The notes beneath the pieces were generated by a model. The model was not told the origin of the DNA. It searched no databases and saw only the letters and a program-made list of their open reading frames with translations. Of a DNA stretch of 64,000 bases, positions 9,900 through 19,252 are shown piece by piece (the stretch's first letter is position 1; each line of letters opens with the position of its first letter). The stretch comes from Pseudomonadota bacterium. Lineage in GTDB: Bacteria; Pseudomonadota; Gammaproteobacteria; Burkholderiales; Eutrophovitaceae. Both the position numbers and the translations under genes were made by a program. Location: positions 122,636-186,635 of the forward strand of contig JAQBTV010000002.1 of the NCBI GenBank assembly GCA_027624715.1. Direction: 5' to 3'.

Positions 9900-10713
9900 A
9901 CGAGCGCGGCCGCTTCTTGGCACCATCGTTGAGATTGGAGTTCAAGACCTTCCTGAAGAAATAGCGCAACAACTCATTTCTGATGCATTTGCTCAGATTG
10001 AACGCATTCAGTGCTCGATGAGTCGATTTGATGATCGCAGTGAGGTGACTAAAGTCAATGGTCTCAGCGTTAACGCTCAACTGGTGGTTTCCTCAGATTT
10101 GTGGGCGGTGCTCGACTTGGCCCAAGACATTTCAAGACGCAGCGAAGGTGTATTCAGCATCTGTAGAGACGGTGAGCCCAAGGGTGATTTGTTGCGTCTT
10201 TTGGATGATGGTAGAGTGCTTCGCTTGAGGGCTGGATTAATTGATCTAGGTGGAATTGCCAAAGGTTATGCAGTGGATAAGGCGATTGAATGTTTGAAGG
10301 GGCGGGCTGCTGAATCGGCTTATGTGAATGCCGGCGGTGATATCAGGACATTCGGTTCGCCATACCCAATTCTCGTTCGACATCCGTTAAGACCTCATGA
10401 GTCGGTGGCATCGTTGGATTTGGTTAATGCCGCGTTTGCAACAAGTGCTGCGTACCAACAGCATGCTGCATATAATCAGTCGGGCATAATAGTTGACCCT
10501 AGAAGCAAAAAATCTGTTCCGGCAGGTACTTCGGCATCAGTGATGGCATCGACTTGTGTGGTGGCCGATGCACTTACAAAATGTATGCTGATGATGAGAG
10601 AGGAGAGTGAGTTGTTACTCAGTCAATTTAATGCTCGTGGTTTTTTGGTGCAAGGGGAGCGCGTAACGAGCTATTCAAAAACGATGGACGTGATGCCAAA
10701 TGTTGCGCATTAA
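9874..10713 (+). CDS. apbE: FAD:protein FMN transferase (ApbE family), no apparent signal peptide
   Basis: MSRF, IDLGGIAKGYAVD, VNAGGD, ATS, ADALTK motifs. Confidence 0.88.
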   Translation: MISTSKISKRARPLLGTIVEIGVQDLPEEIAQQLISDAFAQIERIQCSMSRFDDRSEVTKVNGLSVNAQLVVSSDLWAVLDLAQDISRRSEGVFSICRDGEPKGDLLRLLDDGRVLRLRAGLIDLGGIAKGYAVDKAIECLKGRAAESAYVNAGGDIRTFGSPYPILVRHPLRPHESVASLDLVNAAFATSAAYQQHAAYNQSGIIVDPRSKKSVPAGTSASVMASTCVVADALTKCMLMMREESELLLSQFNARGFLVQGERVTSYSKTMDVMPNVAH

Positions 10714-11137
10714 GTTAGGTCGTTATCACACATGGTTTCTTTATACCGTGGGTGGCATCCTCACGCTGTCGGGTGCATTGTGGCTTTATTTGCATTACTT
10801 CATACGTATTGAAGGCGAGTTTGGGCCGATACATCATCCGATGGAGCACGACTTGCTGTCGATTCATGGCATAGTTGCAGCACTCATGATGATTGGATTT
10901 GGTAGCGTACTCCCTGGGCATGTCTCACGAGCATGGTCTATGCGTCGAAATTTGTGGACAGGTATTTTTATGTTCACCACTATGACTGTCCTAAGTGTGT
11001 CTGGGTATTTTCTGTATTATTTGGGTAATGAAAGCAGTCGAGAAGTGACAGCGATCATTCATTGGGTGATCGGTTTGACGCTGCCAATTTTGGCTGTTGT
11101 TCACATTCAAAGAGGGCTCAAATCTCGTAGGAAGTAG
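10700..11137 (+). CDS. 4-TM His-rich membrane protein, probable cytochrome b-like (DUF4405-like) partner of the flavinylation module
   Basis: Four hydrophobic helices with paired His (SIHG...GHV; IIHW...VVH); overlaps apbE. Confidence 0.65.
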   Translation: MLRIKLGRYHTWFLYTVGGILTLSGALWLYLHYFIRIEGEFGPIHHPMEHDLLSIHGIVAALMMIGFGSVLPGHVSRAWSMRRNLWTGIFMFTTMTVLSVSGYFLYYLGNESSREVTAIIHWVIGLTLPILAVVHIQRGLKSRRK

Positions 11138-11167
11138 TAATCGATATTTATTAATGGTACAGAATTC

Positions 11168-12874
11168 ATGGAAGATTCAAAAAATATGAGTCAAGGGATC
11201 ACAAGGAATTTAACGAATTATGGTGATCCAGGATTTGCCGCATATCTGCGTCGTTCATTTGCTAGATCTATGGGGTATTCCCTGGATAGTTTAAGTCGAC
11301 CTATTATTGGAATAGCTACATCACCCAGTGGTTTTAATAATTGTCATCGCTCGATGCCGGATCTGGTTGAAGCAGTTAAAAGAGGTGTTTTGAAGCGTGG
11401 AGGCCTGCCTATAGAATTCCCAACAATCTCGCTGGGTGAAGTATTCCTGTCGCCTACCAGTATGATGTTTAGAAACTTGATGTCAATGGACGTTGAAGAG
11501 ATGTTGAAGGCGCAACCTATTGATGCATGCGTTGTCATCGGCGGTTGCGACAAAACAGTTCCTGCTCAGCTCATGGGTATTGCTTCAGCAAACATTCCTT
11601 CCATACAACTGGTGACTGGGCCAATGTTAGCCATGCCCTTTGAGGGTGAGCAGTTGGGCGCGTGTACTGACTGCCGCCGGTTTTGGGGTAAATACCGTGC
11701 TGGTGAGGTTTCTGACGCCAAGATTAATGAAATTGAGGGTAAGTTGGCAACCACAGCCGGCAGTTGTGCTGTTATGGGTACAGCGAGCACTATGGCTTGC
11801 ATTACCGAGGTTCTTGGGATGAGTTTGCCTGGAAGTGCAGCCATACCGGCCGTTCATGCTGATCGACTCCGTTTGGCCGAGGCTTGTGGTGAGCGTGCTA
11901 TGGAAATGGCGGTTTCTGGGGCGCCGTTGCCTCACGAAATTATCACACCTAAATCGGTGGAAAATGCGCTGAGAGTTTTGCTTGCAATAAGTGGTTCAAC
12001 AAATGCAGTGGTCCACTTAGCTGCGATTGCTGGTAGACGTGGAATTGATCTACCGCTAGAGCATATCAATCGTATTTCCGATGAGACGCCAGTGCTGGTT
12101 AATTTAAAACCAACGGGCGAACATTATATGCAAGATTTATTTGCGGCTGGTGGGCTCACTGCAGTCTTACACGAATTAAAACACCAATTGCATCTCGATT
12201 GCTTGACTGTGACGGGTGAGACACTTGGTCAATGGTTGGCGGAAACCCCGAAATGGATCGACCGGAACGTAGTACGTACTTTTGACGATCCATATCAAAA
12301 AGAGGGTGGATTAATCGCACTGTTTGGTACGCTCGCCCCAACAGGTGCGATACTCAAGCGAGCGGCTGCTGATTCGAATCTTTTTGAGCGTACGGGAAGA
12401 GCGGTAGTGTTCGATTCATTGGAAGATTTAAGTAAGCGCATTGATTCTGAAGATTTAGAAGTAACAGAGGACGACTTTTTAGTGCTAAAAAATGCTGGGC
12501 CGAAAAGTGAGTCGTGTATGCCTGAGGCTGGGTATTTACCAATCCCAAAAAAACTGGCAGCAAGAGGTATAAAGGATATGGTGCGTATCTCGGATGCACG
12601 AATGAGTGGGACTGCCTTTGGGACGGTAGTGCTGCACGTGTCTCCTGATGCTGCCTCCGGTGGGAATCTGGCATTTGTGCAAACGGGTGATACCATCAGA
12701 TTATCAGTAAAAGAGAAAAAATTAGATTTACTGGTATCTGAGAAAGAATTAGATCGTCGGAAGAAAGACTGGACGATGCGTACGGCTCCACCTAGGGGTT
12801 ATGCTCAGCTCTACTATAAAACGGTCACTCAGGCGCCACTCGGATGCGATTTTGATTTTTTGCGACTCAAATGA
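11168..12874 (+). CDS. IlvD/Edd family dihydroxy-acid or sugar-acid dehydratase
   Basis: NNCH, GGCDKTVPAQLM, CAVMGTASTM, GSTNA, SDARMSGT. Confidence 0.9.
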   Translation: MEDSKNMSQGITRNLTNYGDPGFAAYLRRSFARSMGYSLDSLSRPIIGIATSPSGFNNCHRSMPDLVEAVKRGVLKRGGLPIEFPTISLGEVFLSPTSMMFRNLMSMDVEEMLKAQPIDACVVIGGCDKTVPAQLMGIASANIPSIQLVTGPMLAMPFEGEQLGACTDCRRFWGKYRAGEVSDAKINEIEGKLATTAGSCAVMGTASTMACITEVLGMSLPGSAAIPAVHADRLRLAEACGERAMEMAVSGAPLPHEIITPKSVENALRVLLAISGSTNAVVHLAAIAGRRGIDLPLEHINRISDETPVLVNLKPTGEHYMQDLFAAGGLTAVLHELKHQLHLDCLTVTGETLGQWLAETPKWIDRNVVRTFDDPYQKEGGLIALFGTLAPTGAILKRAAADSNLFERTGRAVVFDSLEDLSKRIDSEDLEVTEDDFLVLKNAGPKSESCMPEAGYLPIPKKLAARGIKDMVRISDARMSGTAFGTVVLHVSPDAASGGNLAFVQTGDTIRLSVKEKKLDLLVSEKELDRRKKDWTMRTAPPRGYAQLYYKTVTQAPLGCDFDFLRLK

Positions 12875-12906
12875 TGGATATTGAGCGCTAACATACTCTT
12901 TTAGTA

Positions 12907-14205
12907 TTAGCTCTTCTCAATGCCGCACCATTGTGTCATGAAGTGACACAGGACTCGACTGACATCAAGCGTGCTTTGGATCGAGACCGATTCGTCAATT
13001 CCGTGAATATTTAATGCTTCTGGTCCATAGCATGTTGAGGGAATGTGCCCATACAATTGAAATGTTCGCACATCAGTCGTTGCGGCACTGGCAAATAATT
13101 CTGCCCGCCGGCCTAAATGAGTTTCGTGAGTATAATTTAATAGGTTAATAAGTTCGCTACTGGTGTCGACAATACAGCCAGGTGATTGGAAGCCGCGATA
13201 CGTTATCACGTGATTAATATTTTTCAAGTTGGGGTCGCTGTCAATCGTCGCGTTTAAATGATTCTCGATTAACTGCCGTACATCTTTTGGCGATTGCTCA
13301 GGAAAGAAGCCGCATCGAATGTCCATTGCACATCGCGTCGGTACCGATGAGGCCCATTCACCACCTGAAATTTTTCCAAGGTTGAATTTGACAGGAGCTG
13401 CTACATGTTTAAATGCTGAATGCGAGTGGTTCTTATCGTTCCACAGGTATGCTAAATCTTTCAAATGTTTCCAAATGCTGAACGCCGCCTCAATAGCATT
13501 GTTTCCCGTTGTGTCGTGGAGTACGTGCGCGGGCTTTCCAGTAACTTCTATTTGTAACCACATGACCCCCATCTGGGCCGACATGATTGTTTCGTTAAAG
13601 GGCTCAGGAATAATTGCAGCATCGCTCTTATAACCACGATGTAGGCAAGCAAGTGCTCCATTGCCCGTACATTCTTCTTCGACTACGGATTGCAAAAAAA
13701 CATCGCTAGCAGGTTGATAACCAAGCTTTTGGAGCGTTTTAAAAGCGTAAATGTAGGCGCCGATACCGGCTTTCATATCTCCCGCGCCACGTCCATATAT
13801 TCGGCCGTCTTTAACGGTGGGATTGAAGGGGGGGGACGACCATAAATCATCGGCGCCTACAGGAACTACATCAATATGGCCATTAAGTATTAGTGATTTA
13901 CCAGTTTTAGATTTAGCCCGATGGATGCCAACAATATTGTCATGTCTATCCCATTCTCCGACAGAGGGTGAGTACCCTTCGACATTTTTGAGCGCATCGT
14001 GATTGATGCTAAAACGATCAATATCAAGACCTAAGCATACAAAAGTCTCCTCCATAAAATTTTGAGCGCTATCCTCATGCCCAAGGAGACTCGGATGTTT
14101 AATTAGGTCGCAAATGAAAGAAGTGATTTCATCACGTTGTTCCTCATATACAGAGTTGATATCTTGAGTCAATCCTTGATCTTGAGTTTTATCTAAATTT
14201 TTCAT
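12907..14205 (-). CDS. M20 family ArgE/DapE-like deacylase
   Basis: LNGHIDVVP, YGRGAGDMKAG, VEEECTG, IPEP, IHGIDE. Confidence 0.9.
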   Translation of the reverse strand: MKNLDKTQDQGLTQDINSVYEEQRDEITSFICDLIKHPSLLGHEDSAQNFMEETFVCLGLDIDRFSINHDALKNVEGYSPSVGEWDRHDNIVGIHRAKSKTGKSLILNGHIDVVPVGADDLWSSPPFNPTVKDGRIYGRGAGDMKAGIGAYIYAFKTLQKLGYQPASDVFLQSVVEEECTGNGALACLHRGYKSDAAIIPEPFNETIMSAQMGVMWLQIEVTGKPAHVLHDTTGNNAIEAAFSIWKHLKDLAYLWNDKNHSHSAFKHVAAPVKFNLGKISGGEWASSVPTRCAMDIRCGFFPEQSPKDVRQLIENHLNATIDSDPNLKNINHVITYRGFQSPGCIVDTSSELINLLNYTHETHLGRRAELFASAATTDVRTFQLYGHIPSTCYGPEALNIHGIDESVSIQSTLDVSRVLCHFMTQWCGIEKS

Positions 14206-14221
14206 TTGTTTATTTAATCAT

Positions 14222-15892
14222 TTACGACTGTTGTTGCCATTCGGCTTCTTGTAATAGGCGCCACTGAATCTTTCCCGAAGCTGATCGAGGTAATTCACTG
14301 ACAAACTCAACAACCCTAGGAATCTTATAGGAGGCCATGTGTTCTCGTGACCAATCGATGATTTCTTTTTCGGATGCGCTATTTTCATAAGCCCCTTTGA
14401 GTACAATCATTGCTTTAACTGTTTCTCCCCTTCGGGCATCTGGCGATGAAATGATCGCTAATTCTTTGATTGCTGGGTGCTTGTATAGTGCGGCTTCCAC
14501 TTCTGCTGGCCAGATTTTATAGCCCGAGGAATTAATCATGCGTTTGATGCGGTCAGAGATATAGAAAAATCCATCCTCATCGTACCAACCAAGGTCGCCA
14601 GTTCTGAAAAATCGATCCCCATTAATGTGAATGAAACTCTCTTTGTTAGCGTCTTCTCGTCCCCAATAACCAAGCATTATTTGTGGGCCAGAAGAGACGA
14701 TTTCACCTTTTTCATTGGGGCCCAGCTCACGCAAGGTTTCTGGGTCAATGATTGTGGCCATTGTGTCAAACGTGGGTATACCCAGACATTGCTTGCGCAA
14801 ATCTTGTGGGGGGTTCATGTGCGTTTGTGAGATCGTCTCAGTCATCCCGTACGCTTCCATGTATCTGATACCGCACCGGTCGAATAGTTCTTGTGCGACT
14901 GCTTCCGGCATGGATGAGCCGCCACCAAAAATATTCTGTAGTGAGCTCAGATCACGCGTTTCAACCGTGGAGTCAGCTAGCAAATCGACCACCATGGTAG
15001 GCACATTGGCCCAATGTGTACAGCCGTGTTTCTCAATTAATTCTCCGGCAATTTTGGGGTCCCATCTGGGTAAAATAACAAGCGAGCCAGATGCGGCGAC
15101 TCCCGCATTCATGCTATGCTGCATCCCAGTGACGTGAAATAGTGGTGTTGTAGTAAGTAGAACAGAGGTTGAGGTGATGCCTTCCCATAGCACTGCACCC
15201 GCTATGTTCCTCATTATGGTTTCATGCGTATGCATACATCCTTTCGGCCGTCCTGTTGTTCCGGATGTATACAAAATTGCAGCGAGGTCACTGAGGTTAA
15301 TTTCAGCGTTTTTAAGATTTACGTTTCCTCGCTGGGTGCTGGACCAATCTACCACTTGAGCTATTTTGAACGCTATTTTTTCTTCAGCAATGCTTGTCGG
15401 GATTTCACCTATAAAATCTTTTGAGATGTAGTCAGAGTAGGTTGCGACGATGAGTCGATCTATAACATTTTTATCAAGCACATCCTTAAATTCTTTGACA
15501 ACGTCTTGACTCACGATGGCTGTCCGAGTCCCCGAGTCTGTGCAGTAGTGGTTAATTTCGTCTGAGACATTCATTGGGCTGATTGGAACTACGAGGGCTC
15601 CCAGCGCCAAAATTGCGTAATAGCCAATAACAAATTGAGGTGACGATTGTAAGTCGAGAATAACTCGATCTCCTTTTTTTACATAACACTCGTCGCGCAA
15701 GTAGCTTGCGAGCGATTCAGTTTGTTTCAGAAGATCTCGATAGGATATCGTGGTACCGTAAAAAATAATCGCTGACTTTTCTGGGAACCGATCGGCAGAT
15801 ACGACTAGGTTTTGGAATATGGTTTTTATTGGAGGCTCAAGTTTTCGAGGTAAGTGAGTTGGCCAGTTTTTGAAGTGTCTGCCTTGGAACAT
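14222..15892 (-). CDS. Long-chain fatty acid-CoA ligase
   Basis: YTSGTTGRPKG, YGMTET, FRTGDLG, SGKI; start placed at ATG 15892. Confidence 0.9.
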   Translation of the reverse strand: MFQGRHFKNWPTHLPRKLEPPIKTIFQNLVVSADRFPEKSAIIFYGTTISYRDLLKQTESLASYLRDECYVKKGDRVILDLQSSPQFVIGYYAILALGALVVPISPMNVSDEINHYCTDSGTRTAIVSQDVVKEFKDVLDKNVIDRLIVATYSDYISKDFIGEIPTSIAEEKIAFKIAQVVDWSSTQRGNVNLKNAEINLSDLAAILYTSGTTGRPKGCMHTHETIMRNIAGAVLWEGITSTSVLLTTTPLFHVTGMQHSMNAGVAASGSLVILPRWDPKIAGELIEKHGCTHWANVPTMVVDLLADSTVETRDLSSLQNIFGGGSSMPEAVAQELFDRCGIRYMEAYGMTETISQTHMNPPQDLRKQCLGIPTFDTMATIIDPETLRELGPNEKGEIVSSGPQIMLGYWGREDANKESFIHINGDRFFRTGDLGWYDEDGFFYISDRIKRMINSSGYKIWPAEVEAALYKHPAIKELAIISSPDARRGETVKAMIVLKGAYENSASEKEIIDWSREHMASYKIPRVVEFVSELPRSASGKIQWRLLQEAEWQQQS

Positions 15893-16010
15893 GGGTTTTT
15901 TGAATATGTGAACTTTAGTTAATGTCTTAAACAAAAACTATACCTAAATATCTGGATCGTTGTTGACTGTATACTCACGCTTTAAACAATAGGTAAGCAG
16001 AGGGAAAGTT

Positions 16011-16769
16011 ATGTTGGATCAACCATTGAAAGGTAAGATCGCCGTTGTCACTGGAGCCAGTCGAGGGCTTGGCCGAGCTATGGCCATCAGTCTTGCAGAT
16101 GCGGGTGCGTCAATTGCCTGCGTTGGAAGGAATGAAGAGAAGCTATTAGAGACGAAGGCGCTTTTAGACAAGATTGGCGTAGAGTCAGATACGTTTGTTT
16201 GTGATGTTCGTTATGAAGATCAGGTAAGCGATTTAGAAAAACAAGTCAGTAAGCGATTTGGGGCCATTCATATCTTAGTTAATAATGCTGGAACAGCAAT
16301 CCGTAAAAACCTCATCGAGTTTTCTTTGGAGGAATGGAACACGGTTCTAGACACTAATTTGACGGGCGTGTTTCTGTGCTCGAGAGCTTTCGTCCCTCAT
16401 ATGAAAATTCATAAATGGGGTCGAGTCATTAACATCACCTCTATCATGGCCAATGTGGGTAGCATTGGGCGGGCTGCCTATTGCGCGTCCAAACATGGAG
16501 TCCTAGCAATTACTAAATCAATGGCTTTAGAACACGCTGATGATGGTATTAATGTCGTGGCAATCAGCCCAGGGTTTTATGCGACAGACTTGACTGCGCC
16601 ATTGAGGTCTGATGTGTCTAAAAGTGATGAGCTATTATCAAATGTACCTGCCCGCCGTTGGGGGGATCCTAAGGAGATTGGTGAGATCGCTCGATTTTTA
16701 TGTACCGATGCAGCCTCGTTTATCACAGGTACTGATATTTTGTCCGATGGTGGCTGGGTTGCGCGGTAA
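16011..16769 (+). CDS. Short-chain dehydrogenase/reductase
   Basis: TGASRGLG, NNAG, YCASK. Confidence 0.92.
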   Translation: MLDQPLKGKIAVVTGASRGLGRAMAISLADAGASIACVGRNEEKLLETKALLDKIGVESDTFVCDVRYEDQVSDLEKQVSKRFGAIHILVNNAGTAIRKNLIEFSLEEWNTVLDTNLTGVFLCSRAFVPHMKIHKWGRVINITSIMANVGSIGRAAYCASKHGVLAITKSMALEHADDGINVVAISPGFYATDLTAPLRSDVSKSDELLSNVPARRWGDPKEIGEIARFLCTDAASFITGTDILSDGGWVAR

Positions 16770-16804
16770 CAGTCTAACGGTTGACATGAGGAAATACGAA
16801 TAAT

Positions 16805-18058
16805 ATGAAGACACTAGTCGTTGGGGCAGGCGTCGTAGGAATGACTACAGCGTGGTTTCTTGCTAAGCGTGGTCATCAGGTAGAAGTGATTGATCGGGAT
16901 TCTGGTTCTGGGCTAGGTGCTAGTTACGCCAATGGCGGGCAGATCTCTGTCAGTCAAGCCGAACCCTGGTCTAATCCTGGCGCACCACTTAAAGTTCTTA
17001 AATGGTTAGGACGCGAGGATGCGCCGCTTCTATTTCGTATGCGGGCGGACTTCAAACAGTGGTCTTGGGGTCTCAAATTTTTGTTTGAATGTTTACCCAG
17101 CAAAACACGGCAGAACATGCTTAATATTTTGAGGTTGGGTATCTATAGTCGCGAATGTTTGCAAGAGCTTCGACAAAGCGAGGATCTTGAGTATCATCAA
17201 GTCACAAAGGGTATTTTGCAAATTCACACCGACGAGTCTGAGTTTGCAGCTGCTAATTTGGGCTTGGCGTCCCTGCTTGAACATGGTTTGGACATGTCTG
17301 TATGTGCAGCCGATGAACTGATTCGGATCGAGCCTGCGTTGCGGCAATCGACCTTGCCTATTGTAGGAGCAACCTATGCCGCCGATGATGAGTCGGGAGA
17401 TGCTCATGTTTTTACTCGACAACTCGAAGAGGCATGCAAGCGTCGGTATGATGTGACGTTCTCTTACGATACCGAAGCCGTTGGTTTTATAGGCTCGAAC
17501 GATTCAATTGGCGGCATCCGTACCCTTAATAAGGAAGGCGAGGTAACAGTCAAGGTGGCTGATGCTTACGTGATCGCTACTGGCAGTGTCACGGATGCTT
17601 TATTGCGCCCAATAGGACTTCGCGTTCCTATATTTCCTGTTAAGGGTTATTCTCTGACAGTTCCAGTGATTGATCCGCATTTGGCTCCACAGGTATGCAT
17701 CACAGACGCAAATGGAAAAGTTGCAATGTCGCGGCTTGGCAACTTTTTAAGATTGGCAGGTACGGCCGAGCTGAATGGCTATGATGTTTCGATTAATGAA
17801 GCGCGGTGCGCGGGGATTGCAAATCGAGTCAAGAAATTGTTCCCTCAAGGGATGGACTACGAAAATGCGAAAAAGTGGGCTGGGTTGAGGCCCATGACCC
17901 CCTCAAGTGTGCCATTAATAGGGCCTACAAAATTTAGTAACTTATTCATCAATGCCGGGCATGGGACGCTTGGCTGGACATTGTCTTGCGGTTCGGGGGC
18001 TGCAATTGCAGATATAGTTAGTGGAATAAAACCAGATATTAATTTTTCATTTCTTTGA
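16805..18058 (+). CDS. dadA: D-amino acid dehydrogenase
   Basis: VGAGVVG, ASYANGGQIS, PVKGYS, WAGLRPMTP, GHGTLGWT. Confidence 0.88.
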   Translation: MKTLVVGAGVVGMTTAWFLAKRGHQVEVIDRDSGSGLGASYANGGQISVSQAEPWSNPGAPLKVLKWLGREDAPLLFRMRADFKQWSWGLKFLFECLPSKTRQNMLNILRLGIYSRECLQELRQSEDLEYHQVTKGILQIHTDESEFAAANLGLASLLEHGLDMSVCAADELIRIEPALRQSTLPIVGATYAADDESGDAHVFTRQLEEACKRRYDVTFSYDTEAVGFIGSNDSIGGIRTLNKEGEVTVKVADAYVIATGSVTDALLRPIGLRVPIFPVKGYSLTVPVIDPHLAPQVCITDANGKVAMSRLGNFLRLAGTAELNGYDVSINEARCAGIANRVKKLFPQGMDYENAKKWAGLRPMTPSSVPLIGPTKFSNLFINAGHGTLGWTLSCGSGAAIADIVSGIKPDINFSFL

Positions 18059-18085
18059 ATTCAGATTCAATGAATTAAATTGGAT

Positions 18086-18118
18086 AAAAAAAAGCCCACA
18101 TACATGTGGGCTTTTTTT
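18086..18118. terminator. Bidirectional rho-independent terminator
   Basis: A8-GCCCACA-TACA-TGTGGGC-T7 between convergent genes. Confidence 0.92.
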
Positions 18119-18139
18119 AGAACGTTTTATCATAGGCTA

Positions 18140-18742
18140 TTACCAGACTAAAGCACCACCTCCATTTTGTTGTGCAACCATCATATACAGCATCGGAATT
18201 GAGAGCATTGTGTTGAATCTCGACCCCATCATCGCTATTTTCGCAGCAGCAGCCTTTTGGGCTGCTTCAACAGTTACAATCCCAAGTGCCTTCTGTTGGT
18301 TAGGCCAGATAATGAACCAAACATTAGCCGCCATAACGAGAGCCATCCACATGCCAATTCCGATGGCTAGATATCCCTCACCAAATGACAGGGCAGTTGT
18401 TAAGTAGCCATGTCCTTGAGCTAGTAATACGCCAGTAACTACAGTCGCGAGAGCGGCATATCGGAACCAAAAAAGTGCGGCTGGTGCAATGACTTTACCG
18501 ATCGCTGGCTTTTGTTCATCGGGGATCTTTGGCATCGAAGGTATCTGCACAAAGTTGAAGTACCACAATATGCCTATCCACATTATGCCTGCGAGCACAT
18601 GCAACCAACGAACGATAAATATTCCCCAAGCGTGTGACATACTGCTCGCGTCCCCCATGCTCGATACGATGAGTAGCAGAGCTACCAAAATCACTACGCC
18701 GGCAAGGACAGTCTTTCCTAGCGATTGAAATATTGCATTCAT
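18140..18742 (-). CDS. PuuD-like (Urate_ox_N) integral membrane protein without a cytochrome c domain
   Basis: RWLHVLAGIMWIG..YFN, ALFWFR, NVWFIIWPNQ, SRFNTMLSIPM; ATG 18742 preceded by GGGAGA RBS. Confidence 0.8.
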   Translation of the reverse strand: MNAIFQSLGKTVLAGVVILVALLLIVSSMGDASSMSHAWGIFIVRWLHVLAGIMWIGILWYFNFVQIPSMPKIPDEQKPAIGKVIAPAALFWFRYAALATVVTGVLLAQGHGYLTTALSFGEGYLAIGIGMWMALVMAANVWFIIWPNQQKALGIVTVEAAQKAAAAKIAMMGSRFNTMLSIPMLYMMVAQQNGGGALVW

Positions 18743-18827
18743 AAATATCTCCCTGTGTTTGGAATCCACTTTTAGTTTAGTGTTCACTTGCTAGAGTGGT
18801 GAACTACACCACAATCTAGCTAGCTAA

Positions 18828-18855
18828 AGTATACCGTAGATGTAAACACAATCAA
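18828..18855 (-). promoter_or_regulatory. Sigma70 promoter of the PuuD-like gene
   Basis: Minus strand TTGATT, 16-nt spacer, TATACT. Confidence 0.6.
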
Positions 18856-19252
18856 AGAAACATGACTGGACGGCAATGCCCGCCCCAGATCGCTTGCTGG
18901 TTGTCTCGGGCGCTGTAGGATCTACTCTTGATTAGCTTGTTACCGGATTCTCAAACGTGTGACTTACCTTTGATTTTTTGAAGTGCTTAATTCAATCTGT
19001 CCAATTCTTGATTTGAGACTTTAACAAATGAAGGGCAGAGTTGTGCTTCGCCAGTACGTCCGAGGAAAACAAGCGGCTCTTTCATTCGATGTTTTTAAAC
19101 GTAGGCAAAAATTTTTTCCTCATGTGCAAACGTCAGCGGTTCTTATAAAGTAAAGTATCAGTATTTATCGTAAAAGTATGGCAGTAAACAAAAATATATA
19201 CTGATATTGTAATTAGAAAACTCGAAATAAAAATAATATATAGGAGGTAGAG

